DNA of 52,027 nucleotides. Source: Eubacteriales bacterium. GTDB lineage: Bacteria; Bacillota; Clostridia; Oscillospirales; JAAYXM01. A program made the translations under genes and the position numbers. Within the stretch, counting starts at the first letter, position 1. Each line of letters begins with the position of its first letter. The DNA is taken from the NCBI GenBank assembly GCA_045636205.1, contig JAZTXE010000042.1, positions 1 through 52,027 of the forward strand. The letters are read 5' to 3'. The notes beneath the pieces are model-generated. The model saw only the letters and a list, made by a program, of their open reading frames with translations. It ran no database searches and was not told the origin of the DNA. Below, in pieces: positions 36,178 through 45,952 of the stretch.

Positions 36178-37773
36178 ATGATACAAGTTAAAAATATAAA
36201 GCTTTCCCCTGATTCATCGGAAGAGTCTTTGAGGAAGAAAGTCTGTCGTCTGCTAAAGATAGCCGACGGAGATATACGTACATTCTCTATAGTCCGCAAA
36301 TCAATAGATGCGCGAAAAAAAGATGATGTTCATTTTGTGTACACGGTAAATGTTTCTCTTAACACAGCCGAGAAGCGAACCCTTTCTAAAAGCGGATGCA
36401 AAAACGCAGCCTTATTCACAGAGCCTACTGCATATACCGTTGCGGGAAAAAGTTTTTTTCTCTCCCCGGTTGTAATTGGCGCAGGGCCTGCAGGGCTTTT
36501 TGCGGCACTGTCCTTAGCACAAGCCGGAGCAAATCCGATACTGTTAGAGCGTGGCGAGGACGTAGACTCACGCGTAAAACGCGTAAACGAATTCTGGTCA
36601 GGCGGTGAGTTTGATGCCTCTTCAAACGTGCAGTTTGGTGAAGGCGGCGCCGGAACCTTTTCAGACGGCAAGCTCACTACCGGAACAAATGACCCACGCA
36701 ACCGCCATGTGCTGGAAACCTTTGTTTCCTGCGGTGCTCCGCCTGAAATACTGTACCTGCACAAGCCGCATATCGGAACAGATAAATTAGTAAATACCGT
36801 GCGTGAGCTACGCAAGAGAATACAGTCTCTCGGTGGCAAGGTTTTCTTTCGCCGCACGGCAGAGCGTATACGCACAGAGTCAGGCAGAGTAACCGGTGTG
36901 CAATTTCGTGATTATGACGGCAATTCAGGCATTATAAACACAAATCACGTGGTCTTGGCTGTAGGTCATTCTGCACGCGATGTTTTTTCATGGCTTAGTG
37001 AAAGCGGCGCTGACCTTGAGGCAAAGCCTTTCTCCGTGGGTGTTCGCATAGAGCATCTTCAGAGTTTTATAAATCTCTCCCAATACGGTGAAAAATTTGC
37101 CGCGCATCCTAACCTTCCCGTCGCAGATTATAAGCTCTCATGCCATATGCCGGACGGTCGCGGAATTTACACTTTCTGCATGTGCCCGGGCGGTGTAGTT
37201 GTAGCCGCAGCTTCCGAAGAAGGCGGCGTGGTCACAAACGGGATGAGCCGATATGCACGCGACGAAAAGAACGCGAACAGCGCACTACTTGTCGGTGTTT
37301 CACCTGATGACTTTGGTAGGACTCCGATGTCAGGCGTTATGTTCCAGCGCAAGCTCGAGCAAGCTGCTTTTATTGCAGGCGGCAGAAATTACCGCGCTCC
37401 TGCGCAAACCGTAGATTCGTTTGAAAGAAACATATCTTCAAAGCAGTTTGGTGTAGTTGTGCCAAGCTATAAGCCGGGGGTTAAACCTTCAAATCTCAGG
37501 GAGCTTTTTCCCGAGTTTGTAAACAATGCACTTTTATATGGACTAAAGGAGTTTGACAAGCGTATACACGGTTTTGCCGCGCCCGATGCAGTGATGACTG
37601 GAGTTGAAACCAGAACCTCATCCCCTGTACGTATTCTGCGTGATAAAACTCTGCAATCGAACCTGCGCGGGTTATATCCTTGTGGAGAAGGCGCGGGTTA
37701 TGCAGGTGGAATTATGTCCGCCGCAGTAGACGGACTTCGTGTTGCCGAGGCTATTTTAGAATCAGAATTATAA
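36178..37773 (+). CDS. Uncharacterized FAD-dependent oxidoreductase (COG2509-like)
   Basis: IGAGPAG, FGEGGAGTFSDGKL, FCMCPGG, GEGAGYAGGIMSAAVDG. Confidence 0.88.
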   Translation: MIQVKNIKLSPDSSEESLRKKVCRLLKIADGDIRTFSIVRKSIDARKKDDVHFVYTVNVSLNTAEKRTLSKSGCKNAALFTEPTAYTVAGKSFFLSPVVIGAGPAGLFAALSLAQAGANPILLERGEDVDSRVKRVNEFWSGGEFDASSNVQFGEGGAGTFSDGKLTTGTNDPRNRHVLETFVSCGAPPEILYLHKPHIGTDKLVNTVRELRKRIQSLGGKVFFRRTAERIRTESGRVTGVQFRDYDGNSGIINTNHVVLAVGHSARDVFSWLSESGADLEAKPFSVGVRIEHLQSFINLSQYGEKFAAHPNLPVADYKLSCHMPDGRGIYTFCMCPGGVVVAAASEEGGVVTNGMSRYARDEKNANSALLVGVSPDDFGRTPMSGVMFQRKLEQAAFIAGGRNYRAPAQTVDSFERNISSKQFGVVVPSYKPGVKPSNLRELFPEFVNNALLYGLKEFDKRIHGFAAPDAVMTGVETRTSSPVRILRDKTLQSNLRGLYPCGEGAGYAGGIMSAAVDGLRVAEAILESEL

Positions 37774-37792
37774 TTAGTAAAGGAATTATTTT

Positions 37793-38386
37793 ATGGCAAA
37801 AGAAAATAAAAAAGGATTATCCGATGCAGCGGAAATGGAGTTTGTTTTGCGTGTCCGTACCGCACTGTTTGAGAATGACAATTCTTGCTATTTAAAAACC
37901 GTAGACCGTATCATGGACCAAACCGGTGAGACTGCGGCTGAAATTGCAGCGGCACTTATAGGCATGGCAGTTAAATCGTCAGGTTCCAAAAATTCACCTG
38001 CTGTAAAAGCTAAAGCAGCTCTGTCAGAAAAGGCGCGTGCACCTCATATTAAATCGAAGCCTGTGGTAAAACCAAAATCCGCACTTTCTAAAACCGTCAG
38101 TTTATCAATTAACGGCGGTCTTAACAAGCATTTCACGCATAAGGATATTTTAGGTGCGCTTTCTGCCAAGGCAGGTCTTAAAAGCGGAGACATAAGCGAT
38201 GTGCAAATCGGTCCCAAGCAAACGGTACTTAAGGTATCTTCACACAACGCGTCAAAAGTAATCTCGGCTATGAATAGTGATGGTGGTAAAATCAAAGGCG
38301 TGCCGGTAAAGGTTCAAATTATAAAGGATGGCAAAGCAATTACACGCAAGCCCAATAATAAAAAAAATCACCTTGGAAAACATTAA
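37793..38386 (+). CDS. Stand-alone DbpA-type RNA-binding domain protein (DEAD-box helicase C-terminal part only)
   Basis: LSINGG....FT.KDILGAL....GL...DI..VQI.....VL.V......VI..MN...IKG..VKVQ matches the DbpA RBD pattern. Confidence 0.7.
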   Translation: MAKENKKGLSDAAEMEFVLRVRTALFENDNSCYLKTVDRIMDQTGETAAEIAAALIGMAVKSSGSKNSPAVKAKAALSEKARAPHIKSKPVVKPKSALSKTVSLSINGGLNKHFTHKDILGALSAKAGLKSGDISDVQIGPKQTVLKVSSHNASKVISAMNSDGGKIKGVPVKVQIIKDGKAITRKPNNKKNHLGKH

Positions 38387-38403
38387 TTCTCCAAGGTATT
38401 TTT

Positions 38404-39093
38404 TCATCTTACATCTTTAATTCTGTGGCTTTCTGCTTTTAAGAAGAACTTATACACGGGTGCAAGGGTTTTAAGCTTTTCCGCTAGCCAATCTGCTAAT
38501 TCTTCAGAGAAAAGCAGGTCAAAATCCTGGCTTTCATGGAAAAGGCATATACTCTTTCGATCAAGCCATGTTTTATATTTTTCCTTCGCGTCAGGGAATT
38601 TACTGCGTTTATACATCTCACCGTAGATATAGAATACATCCTGTCGCTCTACCGCACGGTAAGCTTTTTTGAAAATCTCATCCTCATTGAGTATCATGCC
38701 GCGCATAGCTTCAAGGCTTTCTGCATCGGTTTTATAATATCCGCAGCCGCAGGAAAAACCGCGCGGTGATATTTCAAAAAAGATTTCAGGCAGATGTCTG
38801 CCGTACTCGTTCTTATTGCGCCGGAAGGTGCACCACATATGGTCGCGGAATATTGATTTATCTTTGGAAAATCGCGTATCGCGGTGTATGCGTGAAATTG
38901 CACGACCAATCTTGGGTTGGCAGATAAATTGAGAGTCAATCTCCAGCATAACCGGAGTCAGCTTTTCAACTAATTCCTGAAGCGGTGCGAGTACATATTT
39001 TTCAAATGTAGGTTTATTCTCTTTATACCAGTTACGGTCATCACGTATACGGTTTTCTATTAAAAAATCCAATGTTTGCTCTGAGAAAATCAT
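38404..39093 (-). CDS. DUF2461 family protein
   Basis: TLDFL.EN...DDR.WYKENK...RIHRDTRFSKDKS. Confidence 0.88.
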   Translation of the reverse strand: MIFSEQTLDFLIENRIRDDRNWYKENKPTFEKYVLAPLQELVEKLTPVMLEIDSQFICQPKIGRAISRIHRDTRFSKDKSIFRDHMWCTFRRNKNEYGRHLPEIFFEISPRGFSCGCGYYKTDAESLEAMRGMILNEDEIFKKAYRAVERQDVFYIYGEMYKRSKFPDAKEKYKTWLDRKSICLFHESQDFDLLFSEELADWLAEKLKTLAPVYKFFLKAESHRIKDVR

Positions 39094-39135
39094 AGTTTTT
39101 CTCCATTTCGTGTATATTATCGGAGGTGTATATTC

Positions 39136-39408
39136 ATGAAGTTTCTGCCCTATTTAGCCATATACAACGTTGCGGTTTTATTGATTTACGGCGCAGACAA
39201 GCTATTTGCCAAACTCAAAACGCGCCGCATTCTCGAAAAGTTTCTGATATTTATTGCTCTTATTTTCGGTGCATACGGTGCATTATGCGGAATGGTACTA
39301 TTCCATCACAAAATATCAAAGCCACGGTTCCGCTATTTGGTAAGCTCACTTTTTATAGTCCAGACCGCGGTGTTCATATGGCTGCTGATGGCAGGCATCA
39401 TCCTATAG
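39136..39408 (+). CDS. DUF1294 family membrane protein
   Basis: YGADK..AK...RRI.E..L......FG..GA..GM.LF.HK..K. Confidence 0.88.
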   Translation: MKFLPYLAIYNVAVLLIYGADKLFAKLKTRRILEKFLIFIALIFGAYGALCGMVLFHHKISKPRFRYLVSSLFIVQTAVFIWLLMAGIIL

Positions 39409-40228
39409 TTTCCTTGCGGACACGTGCCTGACGAAGCAATTCATAAAGCTTTTCTGCATCGCGTCTGTCAAGCGCGTCCTTATAATCCTCCAGATGTTTT
39501 ATGACCACGCTTATTTCGCGGCTCAAATTTTCACTGTTATCTAAAAAAAGTTCGGTCCACATATTCTCATTGAGTTTTGCAACACGTGTTAAATCTCTGT
39601 AGCTCCCTGCACTGAAGCCGTCATGGCGCTCTGCAGTGGGGCTTTTAATATATGCACCGCTGACTATATGCGCAAGCTGAGATGTATACGCTATTATCTC
39701 ATCGTGTTCTTCCGGGGTTGTCACTATTATTTCACCAAAACCCGCTTGCAAACACAGAATGTTTATATCATCTATAGCCTCTTGCGGAACATTTTCCGCA
39801 GGTGTGAGCAGCATACTCGCTTCCTCAAACATTTCGGCATCGGCGAATTCATATCCCCAGCACTCTTTGCCCGCCATTGGGTGCGCGCCTATATAAAATG
39901 CTCCGCACTCTCTGCAAATCGGTGCTATTTTCGAATAAACTGAGCGTTTTACGCCGCATAAATCGGTTATAATAAGTCCCTTTTTAAGTCTTTCCTTATT
40001 CTTTTGAACGTATTCCACTGCGTTTTTAGGATAAAGGGCAAGAATCAGAATATCGCATCTTTCCGGGTTGTCCAACACTCCGTCGATAGCATTGTCCTCG
40101 AGTGCTCCCTCTACCGAGGCATTACAGATGTCCCATCCCAAAACTTTGAGACCGCATCTGTGGATTGCCTTTGCAAACGAGCCACCTATTAAACCTAATC
40201 CCACTATTCCTACTACTTTTCCTACCAT
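39398..40228 (-). CDS. tyrA: Prephenate dehydrogenase
   Basis: GLGLIGGS, GAHPMAG.E, EHD...AYTSQLAH, GSYRDLTRVA; start at 40228 behind GGAGG. Confidence 0.93.
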   Translation of the reverse strand: MVGKVVGIVGLGLIGGSFAKAIHRCGLKVLGWDICNASVEGALEDNAIDGVLDNPERCDILILALYPKNAVEYVQKNKERLKKGLIITDLCGVKRSVYSKIAPICRECGAFYIGAHPMAGKECWGYEFADAEMFEEASMLLTPAENVPQEAIDDINILCLQAGFGEIIVTTPEEHDEIIAYTSQLAHIVSGAYIKSPTAERHDGFSAGSYRDLTRVAKLNENMWTELFLDNSENLSREISVVIKHLEDYKDALDRRDAEKLYELLRQARVRKETIG

Positions 40229-40265
40229 GATACCATCCTCCAAAACAAGCTGAAAATAAATGGCA

Positions 40266-40298
40266 AAGAGCTGCCGCAATAGCGCGGCAGCTCTCTTT
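40266..40298 (-). terminator. Terminator after tuf
   Basis: AGAGCTGCCGC...GCGGCAGCTCT hairpin. Confidence 0.8.
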
Positions 40299-40316
40299 TA
40301 ATTAATATCTTATTAA

Positions 40317-41516
40317 TTATTCGTTGACGCCAACAACAACGCCGGAACCAACAGTTCTGCCACCTTCACGGATAGCGAAGCGGAGACCCTCTTCGATAGC
40401 GATCGGGGTGATGAGCTCAACGTCCATCTCAACGTTATCGCCCGGCATGCACATCTCAGTGCCTTCCGGAAGAGTGATAACACCGGTAACGTCAGTTGTA
40501 CGGAAATAGAACTGCGGACGGTAGTTGGAGAAGAAGGGCTTATGACGGCCGCCTTCTTCCTTGGTCAGAACGTAAACCTGGCCCTTGAACTTGGTGTGCG
40601 GGTTGATGGAGCCGGGTTTGGAAAGAACCTGGCCGCGCTCGATATCAGTCTTTGCAACGCCACGGAGCAGAGCACCGATGTTGTCGCCTGCTTCTGCATA
40701 GTCAAGCAGCTTGCGGAACATTTCGATACCGGTAACAACGGTCTTCTTTCTCTCGTCGGTCAGACCAACGATTTCAACTTCTTCACTGAGCTTGAGCTGA
40801 CCACGCTCAACACGACCGGTAGCAACAGTACCACGGCCGGTGATGGTGAATACGTCCTCAACAGGCATAAGGAACGGCAGATCGCTCTTACGCTCCGGAG
40901 TCGGGATGTACTCGTCAACAGCGTTCATCAGTTCGAGGATCGGTGCATATGCAGCGTCGCTGATGTCATCGCCAGCTTCGAGAGCTGCAAGAGCAGAACC
41001 CTTGATTATCGGAATATCGTCGCCCGGGAACTCGTAGGAAGAAAGAAGATCACGAACTTCCATCTCAACGAGCTCGAGGAGCTCTTCGTCGTCAACCTGG
41101 TCAACCTTGTTCATGAAAACAACAATGCTCGGAACGCCAACCTGACGAGCGAGCAGGATGTGCTCACGGGTCTGCGGCATCGGGCCGTCAGCTGCAGAAA
41201 CAACCAGGATAGCACCGTCCATCTGAGCAGCACCGGTGATCATGTTCTTAACATAGTCAGCATGTCCCGGGCAGTCAACGTGAGCATAGTGACGAGCGTC
41301 AGTCTGATACTCAACGTGAGCGGTGTTGATGGTGATACCACGCTCTCTCTCTTCAGGAGCCTTGTCGATCATATCATATGCCTCGAACTGAGCCTTGCCC
41401 TGGAAAGAAAGGGTCTTGGTGATAGCTGCGGTAAGAGTGGTCTTGCCGTGGTCAACGTGACCGATAGTACCAATATTTACGTGCGGTTTGGATCTTTCAA
41501 ATTTTTCTTTTGCCAT
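40317..41516 (-). CDS. tuf: Elongation factor Tu
   Basis: [28 protein letters not shown]. Confidence 0.99.
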   Translation of the reverse strand: MAKEKFERSKPHVNIGTIGHVDHGKTTLTAAITKTLSFQGKAQFEAYDMIDKAPEERERGITINTAHVEYQTDARHYAHVDCPGHADYVKNMITGAAQMDGAILVVSAADGPMPQTREHILLARQVGVPSIVVFMNKVDQVDDEELLELVEMEVRDLLSSYEFPGDDIPIIKGSALAALEAGDDISDAAYAPILELMNAVDEYIPTPERKSDLPFLMPVEDVFTITGRGTVATGRVERGQLKLSEEVEIVGLTDERKKTVVTGIEMFRKLLDYAEAGDNIGALLRGVAKTDIERGQVLSKPGSINPHTKFKGQVYVLTKEEGGRHKPFFSNYRPQFYFRTTDVTGVITLPEGTEMCMPGDNVEMDVELITPIAIEEGLRFAIREGGRTVGSGVVVGVNE

Positions 41517-41598
41517 TTTGCTAATCCTCCTTATATTTGAATCCGTTTTTTAATGACTTTTGTTTTCTGCGTTTTTTAATACGCAGTAATCAAGTTAT

Positions 41599-41627
41599 AT
41601 TTTATAGTAAAACCCCAAATTTTGCAA
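41599..41627 (-). promoter_or_regulatory. Internal sigma-A promoter for tuf
   Basis: TTGCAA-N17-TAAAAT in the fusA-tuf spacer. Confidence 0.65.
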
Positions 41628-41654
41628 CTGTTTTTTTGCAAAATTCAGAAAATT

Positions 41655-43739
41655 TTACTCAGCCTGCTTGTTGCGAGTAGTAATAATCTTCTCCTGCAGA
41701 CTCTTCGGGAGCTCAACATAGTGACTCGGCTCCATGGTGTACTGACCACGGCCCTGGGTACGTGAACGCAGGTCGGTAGCATATCCGAACATTTCGGAGA
41801 GCGGAACGAATGCGTCAATCTGCTGTGCACCTGCACGAGCTTCCATACCCTGAATCATGCCACGACGTGAGTTAAGGTCACCAATAACGTCGCCCATGTA
41901 ATCCTCAGGCGTGATAACAGCAACCTTCATGATCGGCTCCATGAGAACCGGGTCAGCCTTGCGGCATGCTTCCTTGAATGCCATACTGCCGGCAATCTTA
42001 AATGCCATTTCGGAAGAGTCAACTTCATGGTAAGAGCCATCGTAAAGGGTTACCTTTACGTCAACTACGTTATAGCCTGCAAGGATACCAGCCTGCATAG
42101 CGCCCTGGATACCTGCATCGACCGCCGGAATGTATTCCTTCGGTACCGCGCCACCAACAATTTTGTTGATAAACTCGTAGCCCTTGCCGGACTCGTTAGG
42201 CTCAACGATAATCTTAACATGACCGTACTGACCTTTACCGCCGGACTGACGGGAATACTTATGGTCAACATCGGCTGACTTACGAATGGTTTCTTTGTAA
42301 GCAACCTGGGGCTTACCTACGTTTGCTTCAACCTTGAATTCGCGAAGCAGACGGTCAACGATAATCTCCAGATGCAGCTCGCCCATACCTGCGATGATGG
42401 TCTGACCGGTTTCCTCATCAGTGTAGGTACGGAAGGTCGGATCTTCTTCAGCAAGCTTTGCAAGAGCGATGCCCATCTTCTCCTGACCGGCTTTCGTCTT
42501 CGGCTCAATAGCGACACGGATAACCGGCTCGGGGAATTCCATGGACTCAAGGATAATCGGTGCCTTCTCATCACAGAGAGTATCACCGGTGGTGGTGTTC
42601 TTAAGACCTACAGCTGCAGCAATGTCGCCGGAGTAAACTCTTTCGATATCCTCACGGTGGTTTGCGTGCATCTGCAGAATACGTCCGATACGCTCCTTGT
42701 TGCCCTTAACAGTATTGAGAACTGCAGAGCCTGCATCAAGCTGACCTGAATATACGCGGAAGAAGCAGAGCTTACCTACGTACGGGTCGGTTGCAATCTT
42801 AAATGCGAGCGCAGCAAACGGTGCATTATCGTCGGACGGACGAGAATCCTCCTCGCCGGTGTCCGGGTTAATGCCTGCGATAGGCGGAATGTCTGTCGGA
42901 GCGGGCATATATGCTACAACCGCATCCAGCAGCTTCTGAACGCCCTTATTGCGGTAAGAAGTACCGCAGCAGACCGGGATCATCTTAACAGCGATAGTCG
43001 CCTGGCGAATCGCATTATGAATAGTCTCTTCGGAGATTTCTTCACCCTCGAGATACTTCATCATGATCTCGTCATCAAAGTCGGAAATAGCTTCGAGAAG
43101 TGCTACACGGTACTCCTCAGCCATATCCTTCATATCCTCCGGAATTTCTTCCTCGCGGACATCGGTACCCAGTGCATCATAATAGACAGTAGCCTTCATG
43201 GTTACCAGGTCTACAATACCCTTGAAGGTATCTTCTTTTCCGATAGGCAACTGAATCGGAACCGCATTACATTTAAGGCGATCCTTCATCATATTAACAA
43301 CGTTAAAGAAATCCGCGCCCATGATATCCATCTTATTTACATAAGCCATACGCGGAACGTTGTACTTGTCAGCCTGACGCCAAACGGTCTCAGACTGCGG
43401 CTCAACACCGCCCTTAGCACAGAAAACGGTAACGCTTCCGTCGAGAACACGCAGTGAACGCTCAACCTCGATAGTAAAGTCAACGTGGCCCGGGGTGTCG
43501 ATTATATTGATACGGTGGCCTTTCCAATGGCAGGTGGTAGCAGCGGAGGTAATGGTTATTCCGCGCTCCTGCTCCTGAGCCATCCAGTCCATGGTAGCAG
43601 TGCCGTCATGGGTATCACCGATCTTATAGTTACGGCCGGTGTAGTACAGGATACGCTCGGTAGTGGTGGTCTTACCCGCATCGATATGCGCCATAATTCC
43701 AATATTTCTTGTTAATTCAAGAGGAAACTCTCTTGGCAT
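41655..43739 (-). CDS. fusA: Elongation factor G
   Basis: [31 protein letters not shown]. Confidence 0.99.
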   Translation of the reverse strand: MPREFPLELTRNIGIMAHIDAGKTTTTERILYYTGRNYKIGDTHDGTATMDWMAQEQERGITITSAATTCHWKGHRINIIDTPGHVDFTIEVERSLRVLDGSVTVFCAKGGVEPQSETVWRQADKYNVPRMAYVNKMDIMGADFFNVVNMMKDRLKCNAVPIQLPIGKEDTFKGIVDLVTMKATVYYDALGTDVREEEIPEDMKDMAEEYRVALLEAISDFDDEIMMKYLEGEEISEETIHNAIRQATIAVKMIPVCCGTSYRNKGVQKLLDAVVAYMPAPTDIPPIAGINPDTGEEDSRPSDDNAPFAALAFKIATDPYVGKLCFFRVYSGQLDAGSAVLNTVKGNKERIGRILQMHANHREDIERVYSGDIAAAVGLKNTTTGDTLCDEKAPIILESMEFPEPVIRVAIEPKTKAGQEKMGIALAKLAEEDPTFRTYTDEETGQTIIAGMGELHLEIIVDRLLREFKVEANVGKPQVAYKETIRKSADVDHKYSRQSGGKGQYGHVKIIVEPNESGKGYEFINKIVGGAVPKEYIPAVDAGIQGAMQAGILAGYNVVDVKVTLYDGSYHEVDSSEMAFKIAGSMAFKEACRKADPVLMEPIMKVAVITPEDYMGDVIGDLNSRRGMIQGMEARAGAQQIDAFVPLSEMFGYATDLRSRTQGRGQYTMEPSHYVELPKSLQEKIITTRNKQAE

Positions 43740-43839
43740 CGTGTGTCTCCTTTCCTTGGTATACGGGGTACTCGGTCATGCAATGCAGACCGTCCATATC
43801 ACAAAATTTATTTTTTTGAGATAGCCAGCATTCCCCGGA

Positions 43840-44310
43840 TTACCAGCGGAAATGTGCAAACGCCTTGTTTGCTTCTGCCATCTTGTGAGTATCCTCACGC
43901 TTTTTAACTGCTCCGCCAACACCGTTGATAGCGTCCATGATCTCGCCTGCAAGGCGGTCAGCCATGGTTCTCTCACTTCTGGTGCGGGAGTAAGCGGTCA
44001 GCCAGCGAAGGCCTAAGGTCTGACGACGCTCCGGACGGACTTCCATCGGAACCTGGTAGGTAGCACCACCTACACGGCGAGCCTTAACTTCCAGAACCGG
44101 CATGATATTCTCAAGCGCAGCGGTGAAAGCCTCCAGGGGCTCCTTTTCAGTCTTCTCCTTAACGATGTCAAACGCACCGTAAACGATTTTCTGAGCAACG
44201 CCCTTCTTACCGTCGAGCATAACACTGTTGATGAGCTTGGTTACAAGCTTTGAGTTATACAGCGGATCGGGCAATACGTCCCTCTTCGGGACAAATCCTC
44301 TTCTTGGCAC
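43840..44310 (-). CDS. rpsG: 30S ribosomal protein S7
   Basis: GTG start (MPRRG), [26 protein letters not shown]. Confidence 0.99.
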   Translation of the reverse strand: MPRRGFVPKRDVLPDPLYNSKLVTKLINSVMLDGKKGVAQKIVYGAFDIVKEKTEKEPLEAFTAALENIMPVLEVKARRVGGATYQVPMEVRPERRQTLGLRWLTAYSRTRSERTMADRLAGEIMDAINGVGGAVKKREDTHKMAEANKAFAHFRW

Positions 44311-44551
44311 TGTTCTTCCCTCCTTCATATAGGAATGATTTCATAGGTACTTCCGAAAACACGCTTTGAGTTATTCTAAAACCCAGTGCCTGGCGCTTTT
44401 CGGTTGGTGCCTGCCGAGAGGTTTATACCCCCGAAATTCGGGACGAAAACAGAAAGTTTTCTATATAAACGCCTGGCAAGGCAGTGACTTCGCCTTGCGA
44501 ATGCGCGGTAAAGTCAAAATACAATGTGCAAATTTCTCCAAACTCAGAGCG

Positions 44552-44968
44552 TTATTTGCTCTTCGGCTTCTTAGCGCCGTACTTGGAGCGAGCTTGCTTA
44601 CGCTCGTTGACACCTTGTGTATCCAGAGTTCCGCGGATAATGTGGTAACGAACACCCGGCAGGTCCTTAACACGACCGCCGCGGATCATAACAACGCTAT
44701 GCTCCTGCAGGTTGTGACCGATACCCGGAATGTAAGCGGATACTTCAGTGCCGTTAGTCAGACGCACACGGGCGATCTTACGAAGTGCAGAGTTCGGCTT
44801 CTTCGGGGTTGCAGTACGAACCGCCGTGCAAACACCACGCTTCTGGGGAGAGCTCTGATCGGTTTCAGCTTTCTTCAGAGAGTTAAAACCCTTTTGAAGT
44901 GCCGGAGCCGTAGACTTATAAACGGAAACCTCCCTGCCCTTGCGAATCAACTGGTTTACTGTAGGCAT
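44552..44968 (-). CDS. rpsL: 30S ribosomal protein S12
   Basis: [21 protein letters not shown]. Confidence 0.99.
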   Translation of the reverse strand: MPTVNQLIRKGREVSVYKSTAPALQKGFNSLKKAETDQSSPQKRGVCTAVRTATPKKPNSALRKIARVRLTNGTEVSAYIPGIGHNLQEHSVVMIRGGRVKDLPGVRYHIIRGTLDTQGVNERKQARSKYGAKKPKSK

Positions 44969-45038
44969 TGAAACAGTTCCTCCTTTCCTCTAAGATGATG
45001 TATATTCTCACGCGCCGGTAAAAGGCGCGGGAAAATCA

Positions 45039-45281
45039 TTACTTAAGTAACACGGCAACCGCCGCGCCGACATTTATGCCGCATGCCTGACCGAGCTCAT
45101 CCATGGTTTCCACGGTAAAAACCTCAACGTCGAGTTCTTTACAGAGTTCGGCAACAGGTGCGCAGATAAGTTCATCAGCATTTGCAGCTAAGTACACGCG
45201 CTTGGCACAGCCGTTCTTTATAGCTTTTCGGGACTGCTTAAGCCCGACTGCTTTTTTTGAATTTTTAAGCTCCGTGAGCAT
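45039..45281 (-). CDS. L7Ae-family K-turn-binding protein (YbxF/RplGB-like)
   Basis: VGLKQS.KAI..G.A..VYLA.NAD...M.ELGQACGI.VGAA; position upstream of rpsL. Confidence 0.92.
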   Translation of the reverse strand: MLTELKNSKKAVGLKQSRKAIKNGCAKRVYLAANADELICAPVAELCKELDVEVFTVETMDELGQACGINVGAAVAVLLK

Positions 45282-45367
45282 TGTAAAAACTTCCTCCATG
45301 ACTACATCGGAATACATTCGCTCCGATTTCTGCGCAGATTACTCAGCATACTATTACACAATAACGA

Positions 45368-45396
45368 ATTATAACAGATTATTGGCAACGAGTCAA
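45368..45396 (-). promoter_or_regulatory. Sigma-A promoter of the L7Ae-str operon
   Basis: TTGACT-N17-TATAAT. Confidence 0.85.
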
Positions 45397-45472
45397 CAAT
45401 TATACGGAAATTTTGCAAATTTTGTGCAGTTTTTTTATTTACCGGCTCTGACATGCGTTAAAATCGGGTGAA

Positions 45473-45889
45473 TTACCCTTTAATACGTATAGCCATTCCG
45501 TGTCCTGAGTCCTCATTTCTGCGAACAAATCCCAATTGCTCATAAAAGGTCTCGCGGCCTTTTGCAGCCATCAGGTTAAGCCCATATGTCTCCCCTTCGG
45601 CAATCTTTGTTTTTACATATTCAATTATACTTTCAACCATGTGTTTTCCTATTCCGGCACCACGATACTCCGGACGCACGATTACATCGGCTATGATTCC
45701 GTAGCATGCTCCGTCACTTATAAGGCGCGCAGCTCCGATAACCTTTTCACCGTCCATTGCGGCAATGATATATTCAGACCCCTCTATTCCTATTTGCATC
45801 TGGCGTTCTGAATACTCAAACCAGTCCGTCAGCGCACGAAGTTCATTATAATCCCGTGCGGTTATGGTATTTACATATGTAACAGCCAT
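45473..45889 (-). CDS. GNAT family N-acetyltransferase
   Basis: DVIVRPEYRGAGIGK acetyl-CoA motif A; FYEQLGF. Confidence 0.9.
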   Translation of the reverse strand: MAVTYVNTITARDYNELRALTDWFEYSERQMQIGIEGSEYIIAAMDGEKVIGAARLISDGACYGIIADVIVRPEYRGAGIGKHMVESIIEYVKTKIAEGETYGLNLMAAKGRETFYEQLGFVRRNEDSGHGMAIRIKG

Positions 45890-45952
45890 TATATCCACTC
45901 CTTCTGAATTTTAAAAGAGCAGGCTGCCCGGCAGCCTGCTTCTTTTTCTTTT

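Noticed and set aside
40542-41540. 332 aa plus-strand ORF opposite tuf (also 35022-35873 opposite rbr/perR and 47531-48256 opposite hydB)
   Set aside because: Typical stop-free antisense frames of conserved genes
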